DNA of 64,000 nucleotides, from assembly GCA_049968235.1 (NCBI GenBank), contig JBMFRC010000014.1, positions 12,152-76,151 on the forward strand, read 5' to 3'. Numbering within the stretch: position 1 is the stretch's first letter; each line of letters starts with the position of its first letter. The notes beneath the pieces were generated by a model. It was given only the letters and a program-made list of their open reading frames with translations. It made no database searches and was not told the origin of the DNA. The position numbers and the translations under genes are program-made. Source of the stretch: Candidatus Hydrogenedens sp. (GTDB lineage Bacteria; Hydrogenedentota; Hydrogenedentia; Hydrogenedentales; Hydrogenedentaceae). Of this stretch, positions 1-10,114 are shown piece by piece.

Positions 1-683
1 TGTTTAAGTATTGCTGCACTCAAATTAGCACCAGATAAATCGGCTTCTATAAGTAATGCTTCATGAAGATTTGCCGCCGATAAATTAGCTCCGACCAGTT
101 TTGCTTTTCGAAAATCTGCATACATTAAACAGGCTTGTTTAAGATTGGAATAGGTGAGGTCAGCACCGGAAAACTTTGCGGAACTGGCATTAACTTCTCG
201 CAAATCAGCCCCTTTAAGTCTTCCAGCACTGAAATCCGCATCCTTCAAATTAGCACCTCTTAAAACGGCATCATAGAGTTTACATCGAAACAAAACACAA
301 TTCATTAAATCTGCATGAATGAGTCGTGCCTTTTTCATATTGCAATCCGTTAGATTGGCATGACGAAGAATTGTTTTTGAAAGATTTGCATCGGAAAGAT
401 TGGCATCCGTTAGGTCTGTAGAAATAAGATTGGCTCCTTCCAAATCAGCACCTTCCAAATTTGCCCGTATTAATCTTGCCCCCATCAAACAAGCCCCTTT
501 CAGATTTGCAAACCTTAAATCCGCCCCCATCATTTCTGCCTTTGTTAAATCCAATCCCTCAAGATTAAAATGAGGTAATGTTACTCCCGCAAGGTCAAGA
601 TTCTTATGCGGATTTAATGCACGCCAACGGGCAATAGCCTCTTGTCCTTGTTTTACTATTTCTACATGAGAAACATTTGCCAT
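1..683 (-). CDS. Pentapeptide-repeat protein, truncated at the window edge (C-terminus missing)
   Basis: Reverse-strand translation from ATG at 681-683 gives MANVSHVEIVKQGQEAIARW... followed by tandem A(D/N)LxxA pentapeptide repeats (ADLRFANLKGACLMGARLIRANLEGADLEGANL...). Not in the ORF table because it runs off the window. Confidence 0.75.
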   Translation of the reverse strand, partial: MANVSHVEIVKQGQEAIARWRALNPHKNLDLAGVTLPHFNLEGLDLTKAEMMGADLRFANLKGACLMGARLIRANLEGADLEGANLISTDLTDANLSDANLSKTILRHANLTDCNMKKARLIHADLMNCVLFRCKLYDAVLRGANLKDADFSAGRLKGADLREVNASSAKFSGADLTYSNLKQACLMYADFRKAKLVGANLSAANLHEALLIEADLSGANLSAAILK

Positions 684-973
684 AATATTTATTCTTATAA
701 ATATATCACCAATTTTCCAATCTAATTATACAAATACCTGTAATAAAAATCAATATTATTAAAATAAATTTATTTCATAATTAATAATATTGATAATTGT
801 TTGCTGTAGTTCGATTTCCTTTTTCTTATGATGAAAATTTTATCTATATTATGTATATGTTATATAAATAAAGAATACAAAACTTATTTTTACAAACTAT
901 AAAATGGAAGCGTTAATTGGTATTTCGTTAAAATATTAAACATATTATAAAGAACGAACAAAGGAGTTTTATT

Positions 974-1804
974 ATGGGCGAAGCAATAGTAAACTGGCAG
1001 GAAGCAAAAAAATATACAGAAATTTTCTATCACAAAGCAGAAGGAATATCGAAAATTACCATCAATCGTCCTCATCGTCGGAATGCCTTTACTCCGATTA
1101 CCTTAGATGAAATTAGTGATGCTCTTGCAGATGCGAGATTTGACCCTGCAGTAGGAGTGATTATTCTTACCGGAGAAGGAGAAAAAGCGTTTTGTTCCGG
1201 AGGTGACCAGAAGTTCCGCGGAGAAGCCGGGTATATAGACCCACGCACAGGACATCATCGTTTAAATGTGCTGGATTTATATCGTCAAATACGAACCTGT
1301 CCAAAACCTGTTATAGCAATGGTTGCAGGATATGCTATTGGTGGTGGAAATATTTTAGCAATGGTATGTGATTTGACCATTGCTGGAGATAATGCCATAT
1401 TTGGACAAACAGGGCCCAAAGTCGGTTCCTTTGATGCAGGTTATGGTTCTGCCCATTTAGCGAGAATTGTGGGGCAGAAAAAAGCACGGGAGATATGGTT
1501 TCTATGCAAGCAATACAATGCTCAAGAAGCATTACAGATGGGATTGGTAAACACAGTTGTGCCTCTGGAAGAGTTAGAAGCCACTACGGTAGCATGGTGT
1601 CGCCAAATATTAAAGATGTCTCCAATTGCTCTTCGCTGTATCAAATCTGCAATGAATGCAGATGAAGATGGACAGGCAGGGCTAACTGAATTAGCAGGCA
1701 ACGCTACCATGCTTTTTTACATGACCGAAGAGGGACAGGAAGGGCGTAATGCCTTTCTTGAAAAAAGAGAGCCTGATTTTTCAAAGTTTCCACGAAAACC
1801 ATGA
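974..1804 (+). CDS. menB: 1,4-dihydroxy-2-naphthoyl-CoA synthase
   Basis: 276-aa crotonase-fold protein with near-identity to MenB blocks ([54 protein letters not shown]). AAAGGAG RBS 7 nt upstream. Confidence 0.9.
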   Translation: MGEAIVNWQEAKKYTEIFYHKAEGISKITINRPHRRNAFTPITLDEISDALADARFDPAVGVIILTGEGEKAFCSGGDQKFRGEAGYIDPRTGHHRLNVLDLYRQIRTCPKPVIAMVAGYAIGGGNILAMVCDLTIAGDNAIFGQTGPKVGSFDAGYGSAHLARIVGQKKAREIWFLCKQYNAQEALQMGLVNTVVPLEELEATTVAWCRQILKMSPIALRCIKSAMNADEDGQAGLTELAGNATMLFYMTEEGQEGRNAFLEKREPDFSKFPRKP

Positions 1805-1837
1805 GATTAAACTTTTTATTTGATTTGTATAATCATT

Positions 1838-2731
1838 ATGCCAGTAGAGAAACCTTCAATTCTAAAAATTTTATTCTTAACTGCACGTCCCAAAACATTA
1901 GGAGCAAGTATTGCCCCTGTTATAATGGGAACTGCCATTGCAGTAAGAGATGGAAATTTGCACATGATTTCTGCCATGTGTGCTTTGTTAGGTGCGGTAC
2001 TAATTCAAATATTGTCCAATTATGCTAATGACTATTTTGATTTTTTAAAAGGTGCTGACCGTGAAAATCGTATAGGTCCGTTGCGTGCAACCAGTTCAGG
2101 TTGGCTTACACCCAGACAAATGCAATTAGCATTAGTTGTTCTCGTGCTTGCATCTTTACTCCCCGGAGGGTATTTGATTTATAGAGGGGGGGTGCCTATT
2201 GTAATTATTGGTGTAGTTTCACTAATACTTGCTTTTGCTTATACCGCAGGACCCATACCTCTTGCTTATCTAGGGTTGGGTGATTTATTTGTCTTTATAT
2301 TTTTTGGTCCTGTCGCAGTGATGGGAACAGAATATGTCCAATCTTTTCAAATCTCATCACACGGGCTTTTAGCAGGAATTTCCGCAGGATGTTTCTCTGT
2401 AGCCATTCTTACAGTAAACAATTATCGCGATGTTGAGAATGATGCTGTTGTCGGTAAACGAACGCTCGCAGTCCGTTTCGGTAAAGAGTTTGCAATAGTT
2501 GAATATATAACAATGCTTTTTGCGAGTGTTGTACTCATTCCTCTTATTCTGGCGTTTAGTAAAGGTGGACAGAAAGACATTCTGTTATTAATCGTTCTAA
2601 TAATTCCTTCTATACTTCTAATAAGGTCGATGGTTCAACTTAAAGGCGGTGAGTTAAATTTATTATTAGCCAATACAGCAAAATTACTGTTAGTATATAG
2701 CTTCCTTTTTTCTATATCGTGGATTATTTAA
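1838..2731 (+). CDS. menA: 1,4-dihydroxy-2-naphthoate polyprenyltransferase (UbiA family)
   Basis: Polytopic membrane protein with UbiA-type motifs (NDYFDFLKGADR, YRDVENDAVVGKRTL). The ATG at 1838 is preferred over the TTG at 1820 in the ORF table. Directly follows menB. Confidence 0.85.
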   Translation: MPVEKPSILKILFLTARPKTLGASIAPVIMGTAIAVRDGNLHMISAMCALLGAVLIQILSNYANDYFDFLKGADRENRIGPLRATSSGWLTPRQMQLALVVLVLASLLPGGYLIYRGGVPIVIIGVVSLILAFAYTAGPIPLAYLGLGDLFVFIFFGPVAVMGTEYVQSFQISSHGLLAGISAGCFSVAILTVNNYRDVENDAVVGKRTLAVRFGKEFAIVEYITMLFASVVLIPLILAFSKGGQKDILLLIVLIIPSILLIRSMVQLKGGELNLLLANTAKLLLVYSFLFSISWII

Positions 2732-3774
2732 TGAGAAAACCTGTTTCTATTCAAAAATTATCTATTTATCGTTATGAAATCCCACTAAAGATAAAGGTTT
2801 TTATTCGAGGCATTTCATTTTCTTGCAAACGAGGACTGCTCGCAAAGTTTGAGGATACGGAAGGCAATGAATCTTGGGGAGAAATCTCTCTCTTACCACC
2901 AACAGAAGAAAAAATAAAGACCTGTATAGAATGGGTAGAAAAAAATTACCATTATCTTTTAGGTGAAATTGACTTTTCTTCTCTGGATACATACCCGGAG
3001 ATAAAATTCGCCATTATTAGTGCTCTTGATTACTTTAATTACGATACATCTGATTTTACAGATATTCCTGTGAAAGTAAATGCACTTCTTGCAGGTGAAT
3101 TCTATACTATTCTCGAAGAAGCGGAGAGAAAAAGAAGCCAGGGTTATTCAGTTTTTAAAATAAAAATGGGGGAATATTCTTTAACAACCGCAGTTGATTT
3201 GATATCCCGGATACAAACAATTCTTGGAAATGAAATACAAATTGTTTTAGACTTAAACCGGCAATGGGCATTACATAAAACATTAGACCTTATAGAACAG
3301 ATTGCAGATACAAGGATATTGTATATCGAAGACCCAGTTAGGAAATTAGAAGAATTGCCAAACTACTTCAATTTATCACCTATTAAAGCAGGAATTGATG
3401 AATTCCTTGAAGGATGGAATATTAAATTAGAAGAGATGTGCAAAAATTATTCGGAGAAAATAATCTTTGTAATGAAACCTTCTATACTTTATGGAACGGA
3501 AGTATGGCAAAAACTATGGACCAACAAATCTATTATGAAAGTTTTTACATCTGCATGGGAGACAGGTATCGGTTTGCGAGGAATACTAAATTTAATCTTC
3601 AAAAACAGAACGAATGTGGAATTTGTTGGTCTGGACACTTATTCCTACCTTAAAAATGACATAGTGAAACCTTTCCTACCAATCTTATTCCCTCAAATAA
3701 GCCCGCATATACTCAAAAAACCGTTTTCAATCATTGAAGAACAATTAGAAAAAATCCATTCATGGGAAGTATAA
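2731..3774 (+). CDS. menC: o-succinylbenzoate synthase (enolase superfamily)
   Basis: Enolase-superfamily catalytic pattern KxK (FKIKMG), DLNRQW, IEDP, GIDEF and MKPS. The ATG at 2731 overlaps the menA stop as TAATG (the ORF table begins at GTG 2719). men context. Confidence 0.75.
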   Translation: MRKPVSIQKLSIYRYEIPLKIKVFIRGISFSCKRGLLAKFEDTEGNESWGEISLLPPTEEKIKTCIEWVEKNYHYLLGEIDFSSLDTYPEIKFAIISALDYFNYDTSDFTDIPVKVNALLAGEFYTILEEAERKRSQGYSVFKIKMGEYSLTTAVDLISRIQTILGNEIQIVLDLNRQWALHKTLDLIEQIADTRILYIEDPVRKLEELPNYFNLSPIKAGIDEFLEGWNIKLEEMCKNYSEKIIFVMKPSILYGTEVWQKLWTNKSIMKVFTSAWETGIGLRGILNLIFKNRTNVEFVGLDTYSYLKNDIVKPFLPILFPQISPHILKKPFSIIEEQLEKIHSWEV

Positions 3775-3880
3775 AATTACTAAGGGTACTGTTTTTACAG
3801 AAAGATAAATACAATACAGGATAGTAGCAGAGGCACTCTTACCTGGAATTTTTGATTACATCTCTGTAAAGAAGTATGTA

Positions 3881-4669
3881 CTACCGCATTTCCTGTCCAC
3901 CGGTGACATTAATTGCCTGTCCGGTCATATAACTGGATTCATCACTGGCTAAAAATACGACCACATTGCATACATCTTCATATCGGCAGGGTCGTTTCAT
4001 AGGAACCTGGTCAATATACTTCTTCCGCACTTCTTCCTCAGTAATCCCCTGGTTTTTTGCATATTGTTTGAAAAGGCTTTCCGTCCATAATGGAGAGTCC
4101 AATAAATTTCCGGGACAAATCGCATTGACACGAATCCCATACTCGGCGAATTCCAGAGCCAGACTTTGTGTTACTCCAATCCCTCCAAATTTAGCTGCTG
4201 CGTAAGCGGAATTTTTGAAACTCCCTTTCTTACCGGATTTAGAGTTAATTTGTATCACGGTCCCATATCTATGGGGTAACATAACACGTATACCTTCACG
4301 AGCACAAATAAAATATCCGACCAGGTCAATATCAATAACCTTCCGCCATGCGGAAATATCAAAATTAATGGAATCCCCGGATATGAGAATTCCTGCATTA
4401 CATACCATGAGGTCAAGACCACCGAGGAGTTCAACTGCTTTATCTACTGCATTTTTAACCATTTCGGCATCAGTAATATCTACCTTCTCAGCGAAGATTT
4501 TGCGACCTGTTTGTTCTGCTATCCGTTTTGCAGTTTCCGACATTTTTTCAATGTTTATATCCCAGCCTACTGCGTCCGCACCTTCCTGTGCGAGTCGTTG
4601 CAATATGGCTTCACCCAAACCTTGAGCCGAACCTGTTACAATTGCTTTTCTACCTTTTAATCGTTCCAT
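3881..4669 (-). CDS. Short-chain dehydrogenase/reductase (SDR) family oxidoreductase
   Basis: TGSAQGLG Rossmann motif at the N-terminus, NAG, and the YAAAK catalytic Tyr-x3-Lys. Start chosen at MERLKGRK (GGAGAGG RBS upstream); the longer table ORF overlaps the upstream gene. Confidence 0.8.
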   Translation of the reverse strand: MERLKGRKAIVTGSAQGLGEAILQRLAQEGADAVGWDINIEKMSETAKRIAEQTGRKIFAEKVDITDAEMVKNAVDKAVELLGGLDLMVCNAGILISGDSINFDISAWRKVIDIDLVGYFICAREGIRVMLPHRYGTVIQINSKSGKKGSFKNSAYAAAKFGGIGVTQSLALEFAEYGIRVNAICPGNLLDSPLWTESLFKQYAKNQGITEEEVRKKYIDQVPMKRPCRYEDVCNVVVFLASDESSYMTGQAINVTGGQEMR

Positions 4670-6288
4670 GGCAAATACCTCTCCAATAATTTTTCTTCTG
4701 CTTGTTCTGTCCATGTTCCATCTTTTGAAAGATATTCACCCACTTCGGGTAGTATTTCCGGTATCTTTTCCAGTGGTATCAATGGCAAATCAGGTATTTG
4801 TGGATAAATGACAACTTTACCGGGAAACCGGGCTTCTTTAACCGCTTTCAGCCCCTCATGAGCAGAGAAAAGCCCTCCAATTGCAGCAACACTTCGATTT
4901 GTATCCCGAGAACCATTTTCTACGGATTGTAATACATGGTTTAAATCCGAAATTCTACTTCCACTACAACCAATAATTTTTACGCCCTCGCAAATCTTTT
5001 TTATTGAAACATTCGCAATAGTCCCTATTCCCAATCCGGCAAAAAGATTTACAAAACCGCAAGGTGCAGAAAAATCAACCGCTTGTGTTACCAGGGCAGG
5101 TACCGGTGCCAATAAAACGACATCTGTATAACCCTCCGGAGCAAATGATTCGAGATGCTTATTTAAGGCAGATGTGTCTGGAAAATCTTTAGTACAAACT
5201 GTAATCAATTCAACATTTCTTTTCTTTAATAATTCTGCCGACCGTTCTCGTAAATGTTCTAATCTTCCTTTATCTAAATCAGTAACTACTACCTTTTGGG
5301 GTCCATCTATTTTCTCTAAGGCTCGTTGGACATGCATCTGTCCCATCGGTCCACCGGCGCCAATAAACAAAGCAGTTCCATCGGGTAGTAGGTCTGACCG
5401 CATATTCTTTTCTTTTATTTCTTTTACAGTTATTCCTCCCCCAATAATTCGTTTATATTCATAATGAATAGACCCAACATCTACAGAAATATGTGTATGA
5501 GGCATTTCATCTGCGGAACCTAACACATAGATTGTTCCATGTGGGGCTAAATATTTAAACCACGCCTCAATCTCTTTTCCATTAGATACCTGCATGATAA
5601 TATCTCTGGATGTTTGTCCTTCTCCAGGGAATTGATTTGGAGCAAACATTTTAGCATGTGGAAAATCTTTTAATATCTGAGGGTCAGGATTTGTTGTAAT
5701 ATACCAGGGACTATCCGTATCAGGATAAATATGGTCTTCCAATCGATAGGACATTTCCACACATGCCCATGGTTCTGCTAATGCGGAGGCACTGTATCCA
5801 GTAGTAGATTTAACAGGTAATAAATAGCAACCATCATCCCCTGCTAAGGCTTTTTCATCTAAATAAGTATATTGTTGCATACCACCGGGAATAAGATACC
5901 CAAAGGCATATCCCACACCCTTATAATATATATCTGCCTGAACAATAAAACGGTCCCCCTTCTTAAAAGTTTTAGCCCACTGCGACCCTGCTTTTACAAC
6001 TGTTACCGCACATTCATGTCCCAATACGATAGGGTCTTCTGCCAAATTTCTACCCCGAAGACGAGGGTGATTGCCGCCCAGATTGATAATTTTAATATCT
6101 GAAAGACATATCCCTAACGCATCAATTCGTAATAAAATTTCATTATCGTTTGGTTCACGAAGAGGCAATAGAACAGGTTTGCCCTCTTTTCCAATATTTT
6201 CCAATCCGGAACCAAATACCTGCCATGCGTAATATTGTTCCGGAATAGGATGTTCAACATTTCGGAATTTTAATAACTTATTACTCAT
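4657..6288 (-). CDS. Long-form zinc-binding alcohol/polyol dehydrogenase (MDR family)
   Basis: GHECAVTV zinc-ligand motif, a downstream GAGGPMG Rossmann motif, and about 150 extra residues between the catalytic and NAD domains. Start at MSNKLLKF with GAGGAG RBS (the table ORF is longer). Confidence 0.75.
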   Translation of the reverse strand: MSNKLLKFRNVEHPIPEQYYAWQVFGSGLENIGKEGKPVLLPLREPNDNEILLRIDALGICLSDIKIINLGGNHPRLRGRNLAEDPIVLGHECAVTVVKAGSQWAKTFKKGDRFIVQADIYYKGVGYAFGYLIPGGMQQYTYLDEKALAGDDGCYLLPVKSTTGYSASALAEPWACVEMSYRLEDHIYPDTDSPWYITTNPDPQILKDFPHAKMFAPNQFPGEGQTSRDIIMQVSNGKEIEAWFKYLAPHGTIYVLGSADEMPHTHISVDVGSIHYEYKRIIGGGITVKEIKEKNMRSDLLPDGTALFIGAGGPMGQMHVQRALEKIDGPQKVVVTDLDKGRLEHLRERSAELLKKRNVELITVCTKDFPDTSALNKHLESFAPEGYTDVVLLAPVPALVTQAVDFSAPCGFVNLFAGLGIGTIANVSIKKICEGVKIIGCSGSRISDLNHVLQSVENGSRDTNRSVAAIGGLFSAHEGLKAVKEARFPGKVVIYPQIPDLPLIPLEKIPEILPEVGEYLSKDGTWTEQAEEKLLERYLPWND

Positions 6289-6310
6289 AGAAAACTCCTC
6301 AAAATATTTT

Positions 6311-7069
6311 TCAAAGTAATTTTTGACGATAATGTTCATCCGGTCGTGTATCAATTCTGCGAACCGCAGAATCACTTAAAAATTTAGGTCCACCACAAAC
6401 CGCAGTGCCTATAACAATCTGAGCACATTTCTCAGCCATAAGCGTTATCGCATGAACTTTACTGGGTGTAGGTCCCATAGCAATAAGTCCATGATTTTCC
6501 ATAAAGATAGCCTTAGGTAAAAATCCTTCAATTGCTATAAATTCCTTAACCTTATCACGAACAACACGCGCTAATGTAAGTCCCGGGTCAACATACGGAA
6601 TGAACACTGATTTTCTACCCAACACAACAATATGGTCGGGACATGTCCGTCCTTGAATATATTCCTCCGCTTTTTGGGAACATAAAATAGAGTTAACGAA
6701 TATAGGATGTGTATGCCCGATGAATATATATTGAGGGTATTGATATAAAACTGCATGTAATATTGTTTCTACAGATGGCATTCTTTTGTCATGGCTATCA
6801 GTTTTAGCCAACTGTAAAGTTTGTATCACATCTTCATCTGTTGCAGAAGGATTATCGAGCAAAGACAACACAGGTTCCATACGGACGCAAAGAAAATCCG
6901 TATTTTTTATTGTTTGCAATGTCGTGCCTGATGCTTTTATATAAAAATGTGCATCATCAATCCTTGCTGATGTATTCCCTTCTCCTAATATTGCCAGATG
7001 ATGTTCTGGTTGTCCTAAAAAATGACTCATACTTGTTAACTGTTCTAATATTTGTTCTGACATTGACAT
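6311..7069 (-). CDS. Class II aldolase/adducin-family protein (fuculose-/ribulose-phosphate-aldolase-like)
   Basis: GHTHP metal-binding motif and class II aldolase fold-like sequence. Start placed at MSMSEQ (AAGGA upstream). The 55-codon hydrophobic N-terminal extension in the table ORF looks spurious. Confidence 0.7.
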   Translation of the reverse strand: MSMSEQILEQLTSMSHFLGQPEHHLAILGEGNTSARIDDAHFYIKASGTTLQTIKNTDFLCVRMEPVLSLLDNPSATDEDVIQTLQLAKTDSHDKRMPSVETILHAVLYQYPQYIFIGHTHPIFVNSILCSQKAEEYIQGRTCPDHIVVLGRKSVFIPYVDPGLTLARVVRDKVKEFIAIEGFLPKAIFMENHGLIAMGPTPSKVHAITLMAEKCAQIVIGTAVCGGPKFLSDSAVRRIDTRPDEHYRQKLL

Positions 7070-7959
7070 ATCCTTCAAAGTTTGGCTCGTATTATATCGA
7101 ATTTTTGCCTTGAATTTGAAATGTGTCCCTTTACCTGCTTTGATAAGAGGAATATATATGACTGTTAAATAAAACATATATATAATAAAAAGATTATATA
7201 CAGAAAGGGTAAGTAGGAAAAAATAAAGCGACAAAAGGAATAGGTTAATTACCCGGTAAGGAAAAAATTAAAAGAAAAAAGGTAAATGTGCGATATGATG
7301 AAAGAGGTAAAGCAGGTGAGACTTTTAGATTATACAGTGTCACAACAAACACCGACATGATAAGAAAAATGATTGGGAGTGATGCAAGAGATAACCCTGT
7401 GGGAGAAATTGAAATGTAGATGAGTAGGAGGAAATGTATAGGATAAACGGGGGAGAGCGGAGGTTTCCATCCTTACTATTTTATGTATTGTTAAGAAGTG
7501 AGTAATGATTTCTCTGTGTTCTCTGTGGTTAATTATATTTTTTTCACCACGAAAGACATGGAGAGGCGTGGAGGATACAGAGGGTTACAGAGAGCATGGA
7601 GGTATTTATTTTATGATATGTATTTTTTTATTATTATTCCTTTTGAATTAAAAAGATTATGCCTTGTTTTTTTTATTTTAAGTTTTATAACAAGCATAAT
7701 ATAAATTCTACTAATATGCGGTATATGTAGATGCTATATATTTATTTGTAACTTTACACATGTGCATAATTTATAATAATTTAAATAATCTTTAAATTTT
7801 ATTTGACAAATATTGCTAAAGTATGTTAATTTTGTAAAAGACAATTGAATATTTATTAAGATTTATTTTTGATAAGGGCTAATTTGTGTGAGGACAGTAT
7901 CCTGCACTTATAGTTTGTTATGTTTATTAATCGAAACTTTTTAACAGAAGGAGTGGCTT

Positions 7960-10029
7960 ATGCAAAGGTTAAAATTGGTAATCGGTTTTCAATTATGTCT
8001 GTGGCTCTTTGTAATTGGAGCATGGGCTGATGCGCCCGCAAACTACACATGGACTAATGCCCCCGGAGGTGCATTTACTGCGTCAAGCGTGGATTTTGAA
8101 GCATGGATGACCAAATTGGCTCAATTCCAGTTTGGTGGTGATGCTGTCTTTGATTTCTTAGACCCGACGGATGCAGATAATAATGACAATGGTGTGCTGG
8201 ATGTATATGAGTTTGCTTTATTAACTGCAATTTGCAACGATACTTCACATCCGCTACACGACACAATTCATGAGGCTTTCAAAGCAAACTGGACTGCATT
8301 TCAATCTCATCAAGGTGCATTAGTTAATTCACTTGCCCCCGCATTGGCGATTATAGGTGGTGCGTATGCTACATTAGGCGATGGCGATTATGGCAGGACA
8401 CCTGCTGCATGGTTCTCAGGCTCCTGGGGCTCGGTAGCGGAAATTCTATATGGATTATCCTCCTACGGTTCTTCATGGGGTGCAGGTCAACCTGCGGAAC
8501 CACCGTATGTTCGTCGTCAATCATATATGTCTATGTGTGGCGACTTTGATAGTGATGGCGTAAAGAACATTAACGAATGGTACGGGCAGAGTGGCAATGT
8601 AGAAAACTATGTTTCTGCCGCAATGAACCCATCAGTTACCACAAGTGGAGAAGACCCGAACGGTGTCTGTGAGACAGGTTTACGCTGGGGCAAAACTTAT
8701 TTTTATAATCCTGCCAATCAACATGTATATTGGTTACAACCCTATAGTTTGCCATGGGAAATTGCTGAACAGGTTGCTACGGAACATAGCCTTGTGAACA
8801 ATTCAAGTGAAACTATAGCCATTCCAGGTCATCTGGTAACTATAGATGATTCTGCAGAAAATGCCTGGATTATGAGCACGGTGTATCCACAAATCAATAG
8901 TAACATGTGGATAGGTGCCACAGATAAACTTACAGAAGGACAGTGGATTTGGATTGGAACAGGTGAACAATTCTGGCAGGGTGCTGCCGATGGAACTCCC
9001 GTTGGTGGGAAGTATACGAATTGGAATTCAGGAGAACCTAATGATTCCAGTGGTGAAGATTATGGCGAAATTACCAGTAGTGGCGGTTGGAATGATAATA
9101 AAGCCAGTGCTACTCGTAGAGGTTTAGTTGAGTTCCCGAATGCATATCCCGATAGCAATACCAACGGTATTCCTGATTACTGGGAGCAATTCTCAGGAGG
9201 AGGTGGTGGCGAAGGAGAAGGAACCGTTGAAGGGACACCTGAAGGTACACCCGAAGGAACACCGGAAGGTGAAGCACCGTGTGAATTTGAAGGAAGGATA
9301 AATGACTCAACCTTAGGACAGGGTCCATTATTGGCTCAGACTTTAGAAAGTAATAGTTCGCAATTAAATGCCTTGCTAACTGCTTTAGATATGTTGAGTT
9401 GGTTCAACTGGGATATCGAGTATTTAGAAGAAGTTATTGCCATGATTCGTCCATATCCCGGAGATGGATTGAAAGATTCATGGAGTATGGCATTGTTAGA
9501 ATACTGCATCTGCCATCCCAATTTCCGCACCGATTTAAATATCCCGGCAGATTTTGATTACAACAAGACATTATTCGAGCAAGACTGCACATGGTTAGCC
9601 ACAAATGTTGACCCAATATTCGCTGTATTACCACCGATGGTAGGTGATGTAATGGCAGGGCTATTAGGTTCCAGTGTAGAAATGCGAACCACATGGAATG
9701 CTATATTCCTTGCATTAACAGGTGGTGCAGTCGGATTGCCGAGTGTAAATAACTACCGTATCTATGGAATGGCAAAGGCAAATGATGGTGCTATTGCAGC
9801 AAATGGTGACCTCGATGGTGACGGTAAGACGAACCTGCAAGAAGCACAGGAAGTCATTGCCGTGGGCGGTGGTATGGAATTATTTGTAAAAGCAGCCACA
9901 GATAAGACCAACATGTGGCCCGGCAATCCCGAAATTCCTGTCGGTGCAATTGCCATTATTGGTGCAATGACAGGTGTAATTGTGGCTGGAAGTTCATTAA
10001 TCTTAATTCGTCGACGTAAACAACTATAA
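7960..10029 (+). CDS. Secreted Ca-dependent C-type lectin domain protein with EF-hand-like loops and a PEP-CTERM-like C-terminal anchor
   Basis: Signal peptide ([25 protein letters not shown]). Canonical CTLD block [17 protein letters not shown]...NWNSGEPND...WNDNKA with EPN and WND motifs. Three 12-residue EF-hand/dockerin-like loops ([36 protein letters not shown]). (EGTP)n linker. C-terminus [44 protein letters not shown]. Confidence 0.6.
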   Translation: MQRLKLVIGFQLCLWLFVIGAWADAPANYTWTNAPGGAFTASSVDFEAWMTKLAQFQFGGDAVFDFLDPTDADNNDNGVLDVYEFALLTAICNDTSHPLHDTIHEAFKANWTAFQSHQGALVNSLAPALAIIGGAYATLGDGDYGRTPAAWFSGSWGSVAEILYGLSSYGSSWGAGQPAEPPYVRRQSYMSMCGDFDSDGVKNINEWYGQSGNVENYVSAAMNPSVTTSGEDPNGVCETGLRWGKTYFYNPANQHVYWLQPYSLPWEIAEQVATEHSLVNNSSETIAIPGHLVTIDDSAENAWIMSTVYPQINSNMWIGATDKLTEGQWIWIGTGEQFWQGAADGTPVGGKYTNWNSGEPNDSSGEDYGEITSSGGWNDNKASATRRGLVEFPNAYPDSNTNGIPDYWEQFSGGGGGEGEGTVEGTPEGTPEGTPEGEAPCEFEGRINDSTLGQGPLLAQTLESNSSQLNALLTALDMLSWFNWDIEYLEEVIAMIRPYPGDGLKDSWSMALLEYCICHPNFRTDLNIPADFDYNKTLFEQDCTWLATNVDPIFAVLPPMVGDVMAGLLGSSVEMRTTWNAIFLALTGGAVGLPSVNNYRIYGMAKANDGAIAANGDLDGDGKTNLQEAQEVIAVGGGMELFVKAATDKTNMWPGNPEIPVGAIAIIGAMTGVIVAGSSLILIRRRKQL
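9229..9270 (+). repeat. Tandem 12-nt repeat encoding an (EGTP)n linker
   Basis: gaagggacacct / gaaggtacaccc / gaaggaacaccg / gaaggtgaagca, imperfect tandem copies inside the lectin gene. Confidence 0.8.
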
Positions 10030-10114
10030 TAACTTATTATTATGGCACCCGGTTGCTGTGATACCGGGTGCCAAAATGTGGTTTAATTTTAATATTAATG
10101 GAGGATATAGGCTT

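Noticed and set aside
2731-3774. Generic muconate cycloisomerase/dipeptide epimerase instead of MenC
   Set aside because: Enolase-superfamily subgroup cannot be fixed from motifs alone. Immediate linkage and translational coupling to menB-menA favours o-succinylbenzoate synthase. Confidence was reduced accordingly.
6311-7234. Full 307-aa table ORF for the class II aldolase, with a hydrophobic 55-aa N-terminal extension
   Set aside because: The extension is low-complexity and AT-rich spacer-like. A good AAGGA RBS precedes the internal MSMSEQ start. The aldolase domain begins only after that.
7960-10029. Diversity-generating retroelement target (DGR variable proteins often use a C-type-lectin fold)
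   Set aside because: No reverse transcriptase gene was seen in the window. I did not see a template/variable repeat pair either. The CTLD is a canonical EPN-type domain in the middle of the protein rather than a C-terminal variable CLec region.
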